From positions 147,640-211,639 of the forward strand of contig NMRA01000146.1 of the NCBI GenBank assembly GCA_002633005.1: a stretch of 64,000 nt of DNA. Reading direction: 5' to 3'. Below are positions 53,311-64,000 of this stretch, piece by piece. The notes under the pieces were generated by a model, which saw nothing but the letters and a program-made list of their open reading frames with translations, searched no databases and was not told the origin of the DNA. This stretch comes from Phoronis australis (taxonomy: Eukaryota > Animalia > Phoronida). Position numbers and translations under genes: made by a program. Each line of letters begins with the position of its first letter. Positions within the stretch are counted from its first letter, which is position 1.

Positions 53311-56300
53311 GTAACTGCTTCATCCTGTAATTGTAATGAATGTTAGTCTTATGCCAAGCTAAAACCCACATTTTGATGCAGGGTGTTTACCTTCATAAAA
53401 CTGCTCTCGCCTTGTTTTACTCAGACTAAAGATGATTAGATTTTTTTACGAATCATCGTTTGTCCAGACTAGGTTATAAGAATTCCAGATAACGAAGTTC
53501 AATTCTAACGAACGGTTGTAAGAGCATGGTGACGTTTCTTCGGAAAAGCAAATGCACCTGTGATGAAAAAACTTGTTTTAGAAATCAAAACACTGTTCAT
53601 TGCGGCTTTAATTTACACATAATTTAGATTCCTTGCAATTTACTGTTCTGTTACTTTGCATTTGCAGAGAATTTGACTAAAATTCAAAAAATGGTCAGTC
53701 TATTGATTTCATCCTGGGATTTTTGGTTCATTAGTCATTTTAACTAAGATAATCATACATTTAGTGTATATTCATCTAAGAACGTACATGTACTTTTCCT
53801 GGATAGGCACGTCAGTCCACACTGGATTGATTTCGTTGTTCCACAGCCCTTTACAATCTTTACCACATTCTAAAGGGTCTGAACAATACACACCGATGTC
53901 TAATTGTATAGAGGGACCTGGCCACGAACCGGGTATTAACTTCCACGGATCTTTGAAAAAATGGTGTTTGGGTTTTAACTATACAATATTTTTTGTAAAC
54001 TTAGCATGTATTGCGTGTAATTTACGAGGAAAATGCCGAACATGAATTATGGTTGCTCTGAAAATTCCCTGATGCGTGAAGATTTTTTTTAGGTTTACTC
54101 TAAATGCTGAATGACATTCTAATGAAATGTACTCGATTTCTGTCACGGTCTTAAGGGGTTGAGTACAATAATCAATGCAATAACACTACTGTCTTCATTC
54201 ACTCGAGTAATTATTATTGATACGAAGGTGGGTATTACTTCTGAAAAACCAACATTTCGTTATAATTTGTACCTGCGAGCGCTTTAACTCACCTACATGT
54301 ACGTGGGCGTCCAGCGAAGTAGTAAATTAGTTTTTAGTCATCGTCTTTGAAAGTGTTTTTGACAACTGGTTTCATTCGCTTTTTTCCCGATTTACCTTTC
54401 TCTTACACTTTGTGAGTGGTCTTGGTCGGTTATATGATCAACTGCAATGCATGACGGGAATCATTGGATTATTTGCTTTCACCAGAGCCATAAAACGACA
54501 AAATCGGTTGTGTTGTTGTGACTGCAACTGATCATTAATCATAGCTTTTATCTACCTGACATCAAGGCCGTTGACTTCATGAGTTAAATAGGCTTAAAAT
54601 ACGCTGACAATTTCTGAATCAGATTAAGCTCCGTTAGACAGGCCGGGGGTTGCGTTTCCGCGCAGTGGCTGACCCAGGAAATCATTCGTCCTTTCAATTG
54701 TCAACACTCAAATTCCGAGATTCAAGGGTGGTACCTCCAACAATTTTTAAAGCATAGTTTTGAAACTTCGGAAACGGTTGAGTTTCGGGAAATCTGTGAT
54801 AGGGCCTTATTTAGTTATACTATAACAAATTATAATTGTATTGTTTATATAAGTACAACAGATGATATTGCAGCACGTTGGGTCTTGGTCGTGGAAAGTT
54901 CAATGGTAGCCTACAGCTGATAAAGTTTGTAATTGTTTCTATTTTTACATATATTTACTCCTACACCTTGTATTTTGTTTCCGTCTCTCCCCCACATTTG
55001 GTAATTGGCTAAGGCATCTAAATAGATATGAAGAGAAGGTAAATTCACAGATGACATCTTGATTGCGCTTTGAAACGAATCAGACAAAGTAATTAACACG
55101 TGTGAAGCACGGGTAAGACGTAATAGTTTCAAAACGAGAATAGGCAAACTCAACTTTGTACTCACTACTACGAATTCGTCGTTATGCTTGTAAACAGGGT
55201 GTTACGATAAACTACAATGGCTCTGCATATACGGAACGCGCGCTTTCTCGTGTGCGTTGTTAAATTCCATGCTAAACGAGGCCCTGTGTCGAAAGCATCA
55301 ATGCAAAATAACCAGTACACAGCGAAAGGTTCTGAGCGATCAGAACGTACGATTATTTCTCCAGTGTTCTAAAAGTGTCGTTCACTCCTGGGATGCAGCT
55401 CAGGGTCACTCTACTTATAGCTAACTGAAAACGTAGACTGGGAATTTCACCCTGGCATAGGGAATATCGTGTGACGTAAACGGTAAATAAATAATGTCTC
55501 ATAGAAAATGTTGCGTCAAAACTGGTTTCCTGTGCAAGATCTTTTCCGACCTACCCGAAATGTCGCCTGCTAATAAATGTATCACAACAGTGAAAATCTG
55601 ACTGGCGCGCAAAGGACTACACAGTTTATACCCACGTTCACAGATTTTTTTGAGAAAAACGCGTCACCAGAAGCAACCTTGCGGTACATGTACATGGAGA
55701 GTAGAGAATTGTTAAACCCTGTACTGGATGGAATTACTAACAGCGCATTTATTGAGGAATATTCCCATGGTCCATAGGAGGTACAAGTGTACAATCATGT
55801 GCACGTATGCGACTGGAGGAAAAAAAATCCATGTTCGAAGAATAGTAATTGTTTAATAAGCTAAACACAAGTCTGGCTATGGAATGAACATGAAGAAACA
55901 ATTTTGCGCTTGCCTGGTCATTAACTTGCACAATGGTAAACTTTCGTTGTAACCCACGATGTTATCATTGAACTGTTTATAAGAGATACATACTCGTATT
56001 GGTAATTTCCTTTTCCTCTATTTCGTGGCACGTGGGTAGAGGATGTACGCACACGTATCCTAAACAATAGGATTTTGGATTTATTCCCCGCAACTATTGA
56101 CAGTACAGCATTCTGGATTCTACGTCCATTAGCGCAAGTGTTTACTATGCTATGTCTCATTAAAACCGTGAATAATTAAATTTGTAGCAAGTGCAACTTA
56201 GTGACTTCTTGGAGATATGTGTGTACATGTACAGGTACATGTATAATCAGGAAAAGAAACAACCTGCAAATAAATTACTGCTCAAAAGAAAAAATAACTT

Positions 56301-57557
56301 GTACACCTAAAACCAAGTGTGAACATATAAAAACCCTTAGTAATTCCAAATATTACGTCTAATATATACAATCGTTATTAGATAGTGCAATAAGCAAATA
56401 ATAAAATCTGTGGCTTGCTTCATTAGAGTAACGATCTGATATTACCATACTCGTTTACATAAAATTAGTCTCGCTCTCTCGAGACTTTAATGGTAACTAG
56501 TCTCGGATGGTTTTCGACACACTGAAGGACGCAGCGTTGTTTGTACATGTAAGTTAGTACTTCATAAGCATATTCACAATTTAATGAGAGTATAAATCTT
56601 TAAAACCATCATTTTCGATTGCGATCAGTCGCACGCGGTCTTGCTGTCGTGCACTCCAGTCGGATTACGCTTCGATGGTTTACACTATACATGCAGGTGT
56701 GTGAATCTTTCCAGTTAATCTTTCTGGACATATTATTTAAAGACGTTACCGTTGGCGAGCAATTGATTTTTGATTGCCCCTTTCGCGCAGTCATTGTTAT
56801 ATTTTAATCAGATCATGCATGTGAATTAGGCGTTTTACCAACTGTTGACTCACAGGTCACTTTGTTTTTCATACGTGTACTTATTTTCTGCTAGCTACGT
56901 GTACATTGGAGCGGTTTACTCGGCAAAAGACGTACACTACATCCTTTGGTCGTGCAGATAAACAGTGACCCTAATATGACATTAAAATTACCATATCAAG
57001 TTGGCTCAAAATTATTCGGACAAAACATCGCTGTGACAATAATGGACCGCTTTTGGGTCATCAACGTACATGTACATGTACGTGTATGTAGAGATACGAG
57101 TGAAGAAATAATTTGTGCTTTGGTAACATACAGGTATATGAACTTGGGAGAGCGATGATAAATTCATCAGGAGTGTTATCCGATTGAAAACCTTTAACAG
57201 CTTGTAAGAGCTGCGTAATAGGGAACATTAAGCCCATCAGTAGCGTTGTTGACAGGGCAAATACGACAGTTCATGAAAAACATATACCGACAATCGATCA
57301 GTTGTATTGACATTAACAGTAGCCTCGGCTATTCTGACGTACAAATGATCACAAGCGTCAGACAGGTAGTAACCCGCCCTCACCCTGGTCACGACCAAAA
57401 AACCCCGGTGACTTAATCAAATAGGCCTACATAGTATTTACGCATTCGAAATTGACCCAACTTTTTCAACGATCGGAATTTTGTTGTACAAAAACATGAA
57501 AAAAATCCTTTTCAAGTCGGGCACGTGTTCACTTTTGCTGGGATTTTACGGTTTGTG

Positions 57558-57820
57558 ATTGGTGAAATATCAGTCGTCCAGGCGCCCTGTTGGTTTTGAT
57601 TGGTTCGTTTCAGCTTTGTGTGACCGGCATCCCACAATGCATTGTAAGGAATTCAAGTAAAACGAGTGCCTTTTTGAGCGTAGAAATGAGCTTAATCGAC
57701 GCGGTTAGTTGATTAGTTTAATTAGTTAGCAGAATTAGTATTCAAGGCGCAAATTGTATGAAGCGCCAAAGACTTCTGAGCATAGAAAAGTACAGTGCTG
57801 TGGTAAAATTAGAGGTAAGT
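57558..57820 (+). promoter_or_regulatory. Candidate TATA-less alternative promoter and first exon
   Basis: Two reverse CCAAT boxes (57558, 57599), a ZNF143/Staf-like site TCCCACAATGCATTG (57630-44), and a consensus donor GAG|GTAAGT at 57814/57815. Confidence 0.45.
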
Positions 57821-58119
57821 AGGGGCTCAAAGCCCTCCGTATCACCTTGAGCACTGAACGTAACTTATGGTGCGTAGGCGCAGGCTACATGTACGTTCAA
57901 ATGCCAAAAGGTGGTTGGCTGAGCTTACGTGCGCCTACGCCTCACTACAGCACTGGAAAGGTACAAAATTTAGAACCCTTTGGCGCTAAGTTCAAACAAT
58001 AGGGCGGTCCCAGATACAGTATCACACACGGCAATAGTACTCTCCTTTGTCCCGGAGATAAGAAAACGCGTGATTGGCCTAGTGTTGGAAAAAAGGCATG
58101 TTGTGCTGTCTCTCATTCA

Positions 58120-58233
58120 TGTCGGGAAGGCAGAGAATTTCAGATCACGCATCTACAGGAGTTTGTACAGTTTGCAAAACTTCCTCACGTCAAAGTTACA
58201 GCCCAGAACACAACAGCAATATTTCGTTGGCAT
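58120..58233 (-). pseudogene. Possible second THAP N-terminal relic
   Basis: MPTKYCCCVLGCNFDVRKFCKLYKLL*MRDLKFSAFPT* fits MP..CCV.GC...F..FP. The downstream W and CxxHF are missing. Confidence 0.35.
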
Positions 58234-58799
58234 TGGAAGGATGAATAGAGAAATGCATCCGAGAAAAAATTGTAAAGAATCAGACAACAACAAATAACAT
58301 GTGAAACTCGCATTACGGCGTTTTCCGTTGATCCCAGCTTGTTCCCAACAACAAGTTCGCAAGATGACCCCTGTAGCTAATATTTTACACAACTGATTAA
58401 CTCCATTTTGGCCGCATTTATGGTTGGAGGGCCAGCTCTCTTTTGTTCGATAATTGCTCTAATCTCCAATAAGATCGTATCTAGCCTGATTGGCTGTGCT
58501 GTTAAAATAATAGTTAAGTTATAACATGTTTGAACATAAACCAAGAGCATTTCTAAAATTCTTTGTCAAATGCTGATCATGGATAATTTTTTGAATCTCC
58601 AAAATCGACCGACTACAACCGAAAATACGACAATCTATTCTTCCCAACGTACCAATTCGCCCTAGGTTTGATTCTGTTCACACGTGGTCTGTAATAAGCC
58701 TGGTAAATAATTGGCCTGCCTGTTGTCATATGAGACAAAAGACCGTACTTTGCAATTAACAAATGATCTAGATGTTATCACACGCCCAGAACCCTCTAT

Positions 58800-59045
58800 G
58801 TCTGGTAAAGGCACTGAATAGGAGAACGCCGTCATGCGAGTGACGCGAAAACTGTATGCTGCAAATGTGCCTAATGGATGTCTACGATACTGTGGGTAAA
58901 GGCAGCGAGATTCGAGTGCCAAAGTGTAATCCGTGACGCCCCTATTGGTATTCAACGGGCATTGAATTATGCCCAGTCAACTAGACAACTTTACTACCAG
59001 TACTTACTGCCAAGAGGAGGCAATGCAAAGGACACGTGGCCAAAC
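58800..59045 (-). pseudogene. Possible decayed fibronectin type III exon
   Basis: Across one stop and one frameshift: P...LLAVSTGSKVV*LTG / PLNTNRGVTDYTL....LGTFAAYSFRVTRMTAFSYSVP. This resembles FN3 (S+.L+W..P...NG.+T.Y...L.P.T.Y.FRV.A....S.P). Confidence 0.35.
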
Positions 59046-62000
59046 TCGTTAAAACCATTGAATACCGAATTTTGTTCGCTGAATCAGCGTGGAGTGATAA
59101 ATGTTTAAATATCAACCCTGCCCGTTGAATAACTAATACCACCAATTGGTCAAGCGATAATGCGTGTTGAATAAGCACAGTAATGTACATGTAGGCGTAT
59201 AGAAACCCTTTGCACTTCATTTAGGAATTAGTCCTGGGCGTTAAATAACTTTATGTGTGAGCGTTGACTTAAGTGGGTGTTGATTAAGTAACAAGGTCCC
59301 GCGTTGAATAAGCACGTTTCAACACGAAGACATGTGTTCTTTTTAAGAATCATTTGCGTTTTATATGCAACTATGAACCAGTGTAGTTCCTGCATGCTGT
59401 GCAATAACCGCGTCACGTGCTCGTACAATAAAATCTTGGTAGTTACTCGGGAAAGTAAATTTGACGGAGAAATGTGGATTAAGACTTTAGTACATGGCAT
59501 AAAATATACTTTAAAATACGTGTGTTTATGTACATATAGGTGTGTTATTTATTATCTTCGGTTATTGTCTTGGGCAAGTAGGCCCTACATTCACGAGACC
59601 GAGGGCGCAGACATCTCATGTCGGACAATAACACAATCCATGCAAACAATCACACGTCGTTTTACATCTACATGTAATTATACGACCATTGACATAAACA
59701 AAAGCTTGTCCTTTATAAGCTGGCATTACCAGCTTCACCACCTGGCAAGTTTCATTTCCAGCATGGACAACGGGTCACCACTTCTCATTCGGTTTTGCTT
59801 AGTAGTGCACACATAGTAGTCCTTGCAGCCTTGAGTCGACTTCCTGAACAATATAAACAGGTAGAGTCTTTTCACCTTAACCATAGACATTTTAGTCTAT
59901 CTCATATTTTTGTTGATTTTCAGAAAAGTATGACACAAATCCAACAATTTTGATACGCGTGTCAGCCCAAATGCACCACTTCCCTAGCCGCCAGAGCTCC
60001 ACACAAGCCATCACCATATTCCGAAAGCAATTTTAATGCAAATTCCTCAAAATGCGGTTCAAAATTGTTGTCAACCAATCCGATTTTTTAAATTCTGGAT
60101 TGTTTTGGGGGCTTTCTGATCTAGTATTGCAGCAATATCTTCAGCCACTACATTACAGTGCAACAATGCTACAGGGCACTCTTCAGCTGAACTATTGGAC
60201 TTCTGTAATCCACAAATTTGATAGCAAGCTCAAGCAAACCAGATTCATTGAACCTACTTGCAATGGATGGCCCAAAACTGCCGTCAAACATATGTCCTAC
60301 TCAAAGCATTGCATCCCTATGTGCAGGATACATGTAACTAAACAGTTACTTTAATGTCACAATTCGTTTTCTGGGCTCCCTTCCCGGTGGTGCAGGTACT
60401 TTCTTGTTAGAAAACCAGGAACATACAAGACGAAGCAACATCATGCGAGCAATAAGCGAGTGTTCCGTGGGTTGAGGACTTGCTTACACGCATCAAAATG
60501 GCCGCCAACTAAAATTTTCCGTTGCTATGATGCGAGTGTCGGATGGCGCCCAAGAAACTACTAACAACGGCGCAAGCGAGCAGACAATCAGAAACAAATT
60601 GAGAAAGTAGTCAGAAGTGGTCGTGAAATATACAATTACAGCCGCGGATGATAACACGGATCTCGGCTAGATGTCCCGAAGAAACGTGTTATGCCCGAGA
60701 GATTAGTCTACAGGTATCTAATGTTGTTTTGCCGACCCATAAGTGAATGAGCACATTTCAAATCAATGGTTTTCAATTGACGGCGATGCTAACGCATTAG
60801 CTGTTCTGCAGCCATTGCGTGTGGGTTGCGTTCGTTATCGGGTGGGCAAACTGCAATTAAATCTAGCCATTGCCATGTACGCAATTAACGCCAGTTTTGA
60901 AAACAAGTAAACACAAATGCCATTCTGATTAGTGCTACGTCTATTTCTAAGCCCACACTCAATTTATGTACTCTAGGTTAGATAATTTTCTTTTCGCAAA
61001 ATATTTGACATTAACTCCCACCAGTTTAGTTTATCTTTAAAACACATTTAATTTAGTTGTTTGCAACCCTCGCTAACACTTAAAAGTTTGGAGTAAGTAC
61101 GAGGACACCTTTGGCGTATGCTAGATGGGAAATCGTGCTCCCTTCGATTGTGAGTAGACCGCCTGCCTCCAACCGAAGAACCCTGCTGCAATTCTCAGAA
61201 CAGGTGATAGGGTGCAATAGCACGGGACGAACTCAGTTTTGAGTGAAATTCTTAAAACGGTGCTTAGCATTCCTTTATGTTAGAGTCAGTAGTTGAGACT
61301 TCGTAAAATTATAGCTGTTTGCCATCAGCACAAATTCTGCGTACAAGTTCGCCAATTCACATTTACAGCCGCGCATAATACCTATGTGAGCTTCCGATGT
61401 ATTTATTTAAACTAAGGAAATATTAATTGAGAACTTGGATTGAAAACTGAATTTAGTTTCCTGAGAAGCCATTCATTTTGCTTCAAACTTTAGCCTCAGA
61501 CTAAAGAGGGGACAGTAAGAAGCAATTTAAAAAGGAATCGGAATCGGATTTAGCTTCGTACACTATAAAAACATTGCGCGAATATTTCAAGTTTACTCTC
61601 CCCGGTTAGTTATGCGACGCGGAGATCAAGGAGGTCAGGCGCTTTGCACATTCGAAGTCTCAGGCTAACGTGGCGGGAAACAGTAAAATGGGTACCAGAG
61701 CGAATACTAGCTCCAAAGATAACAACCTTTTCTTTCACCCACCTTCACCATTTCTTTACTCACCCGAAATGATAACACCGATACCAAAAGGTTAAGAGTG
61801 CCGACCCGTGACGATAGGTAGAGTGCAAAATACAAACTACGGATAACGTTGAAGGCCTGTTCTTAACAAGCTTTAACAGGAGAGCCTCATTTTGAGCTTT
61901 CTAATGTTCATGAGTCGGCAGGGTGTGTGAAATGAAACTGACACCGCAGACTAGGAGGCAACAAGACGCCCTGTCTGTTAGACATGTTGCCAATCGACAG

Positions 62001-62681
62001 ATTTTGCAGTACGAAAACGATTTAAATACGTTACCGCATTAGAATTGAATTAGTAACATCTGCTGTCAGAGAAATGATAGTCGTGAAGCTAAAGAAGCTT
62101 TGCGTGATTTGACAGTGATCTTGATTTTTACCTTGGCAACGTGTTGCCACATCCTGTTCTAAAGTCTGTCGCTTCAGTATTCCACGTGATACTGACAGTG
62201 GATTAGCAGGCTGCGTGTTATTGAAAAGATAGTTTTACAGAGCAATTTGGATGTCATTCGAATTAATATGCGAGTCAGTGGCATTAATGAATATAATAGA
62301 AACTGTTGATATGTCTAGTTTATTAGGAGATTTGACATAATTCCTACGAAAACTGGATTAAATACAGGAAATATGTCCACGAAAACATATCATGTGATAT
62401 AATTTATGCATCATGTCCATAGACCACCTTTTCTAGCAAGGTAATAGCGTTGCTCAACTGTTCCCTGGTCTTTCGTCCTTCGTGATCACTCGCCACGTTG
62501 CTATTTGAAAGTCTTCCATAAAGCTGGCATGTTCTTAGATGTTTCGTCACGCAAACGCAGTCACCTGTCAACCCCTTACTCTCACAATAAATTTGGGCTC
62601 TCACACGCCAACGTGCAAATTATCAAGTTACAACAGTTAAGCTCGATATTGCAAACACATGTTATTTTTTTATGTTTCCAG

Positions 62682-64000
62682 ACATAAAACAGTCCATGGA
62701 GCAAATGAAAGACTGGATCTTGCACAAATGCAAAGCCCCTCTGGCTGCCGGATCTGCCTCAGATACTCGTGGCAAATTGCAGAATGTGGTAACGCCTGAC
62801 AGCATCCCTCAATTCATGATTCCGGGGCAGTCGACGGAAATCATACGGAAAAACTCCGGCGAAAGGAATTCAGAATCGCCGAACAACATAGCGCAGTCTC
62901 ACTCTTGGTACAACTTGCAGAGTAGTCCCGTTCACAGCAGATCGGCACCGCTCACACCTTCAGCCAGCATGGTGTGCAAAAAGACCTCAGAGCAGAACAG
63001 CAGTGAATCGTGTGATTACATAAGTGAGCTTCAGGCAACGAACGCTGATCCACAGTCGATGATTGCATTAAGCCTGCCTCACTTTCGCATCCAAACACCA
63101 TTTGGACTTACCACCGTGTCCCAGAATCCACACACCAGGCGAAAGGAGTCCCTATTCCACATTCTACAAAATAACCACGAATTAACCGACAGTCGCCCTT
63201 CTCGAAAACAGCTAAGAAAAAAGTGCCATTCCTTAGACGAGGCTACTGCATTCAAAATACCATCTTCTGTCCCTGGTACACCCAATTTGGAAATACGAAG
63301 TAGGAGCCGAAACAGCAGTTCATCTCTACCAAGACGGCGTCGAGATGTGAGTTATGTCGCTGCTCCGTTGGGGGTAGTTGGTAGCTCGAGCAGCCTGGAG
63401 GCACACAGTGCCAACGAAAGCCGTGAAAGCCCACACATTTCGTCCCCTAGCACACCGGAAATGCCCACGCGCACTGCCTGTGCGCAACCATCTTCGGACA
63501 GAGTTAATTACTTTCGCAGAAGAACATCTTTAGCTTTGGCGAGAACCTCCGCCGAATGCAGCGTTTGTAACAAAGCAGCCTATACGAGCGATGATTCCAG
63601 TGACGAAAATTTTCGAACGAATAACTACAGTAAAATAAGTCGACGTCGTTCATCGAGTTCGGAGCAATGTGGGTCGATTTGCCACTCGTGTATTCTTGAT
63701 CGGCTGCAAGTACGGTTGATGGCGGAACTTGGTGAACTTAAATTGTCAATAGAATATTGCAGTGAACGCAAGCAGCTTAAAGTTCTTCTTATCAGAGCAG
63801 AAAACCTTGGTGGACGTATGAAAACAGACGACAACATGAGCACGTTCGCAAAAGTTTGCTTGCTACCCGACAAGCACCACAAGGGTGTTACAAAGGTTGT
63901 GAAGCACACGTCAGATCCCGTTTTTGACGAGACGATGACATTTAACGGAATAGATACATGTAGCCTGAAAGAACTGACGCTGCGAGTTAAGATTATGCAG
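62682..64000 (+). CDS. C2CD4C: C2 calcium-dependent domain-containing protein 4 family (C2CD4C-like), large coding exon, 3'-partial
   Basis: Acceptor TTTTTTTATGTTTCCAG ends at 62681. ATG at 62696 opens 435 stop-free codons to the window end. Family motifs NVVTPDSIPQFMIP and TNADPQSMIALSLPHFRIQTPFGLTTVSQNPHTRRKESLFH are followed by a Ser-rich linker. The C2 domain starts at ~63731 (GELKLSIEYCSERKQLKVLLIRAENL...FAKVCLLP...TKVVKHTSDPVFDETMTF...LTLRVKIMQ). The symbol denotes family similarity, not proven 1:1 orthology. Confidence 0.92.

Noticed and set aside
53775-53980. Open minus-strand frame beginning LKPKHHF (EnSpm-like motif)
   Set aside because: The expected downstream MRFE.KH motif is absent and splice signals are weak.
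775-62687. The many 60-200 aa ORFs in the supplied track
   Set aside because: Most start at GTG/TTG (prokaryotic rules), have no domain signature and overlap repeats. They are consistent with random ORFs in eukaryotic non-coding DNA.
63955-63962. TACATGTA inside the C2 domain as a footprint insertion
   Set aside because: FNGIDTCSLKEL has the usual length for this C2 segment, so no 2-aa insertion is needed. Probably coincidental.
1-64000. CRISPR array, operon, defence system, rRNA or intact tRNA
   Set aside because: No regularly spaced repeat-spacer array, very low coding density, and no rRNA-like or complete cloverleaf sequence seen.

Overview
Eukaryotic, AT-rich (roughly 39% GC by eye), repeat-dense genomic DNA. 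The repeat vocabulary suggests a marine invertebrate, possibly an anthozoan cnidarian; this is inference only. Almost none of the short ORFs in the supplied track look like real genes. The one clearly intact gene is absent from the track because it runs off the window end: a C2CD4 (C2 calcium-dependent domain-containing 4, C2CD4C-like) coding exon on the + strand at 62682/62696..>64000. It has a likely in-frame first coding exon at 53166-53310 behind a CCAAT/CRE/double-CTATATAAGG promoter, plus further candidate alternative first exons. The upstream ~53 kb is largely transposon debris. It holds three copies of a TTAA-flanked (Kolobok-like) family, Harbinger-, hAT- and Tc1/mariner-type MITEs, two long foldback palindromes, tRNA-derived SINE heads, and CR1-LINE and DIRS relics. 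It also has decayed THAP, F5/8C and FN3 coding relics and a four-layer nested insertion at 49.5-52 kb. The palindrome TACATGTA is strongly over-represented (about 35 copies by eye vs about 2 expected), which fits Tc1/mariner excision footprints. No CRISPR array, rRNA, intact tRNA or prokaryote-type system is supported. All alignments and translations were done by eye.
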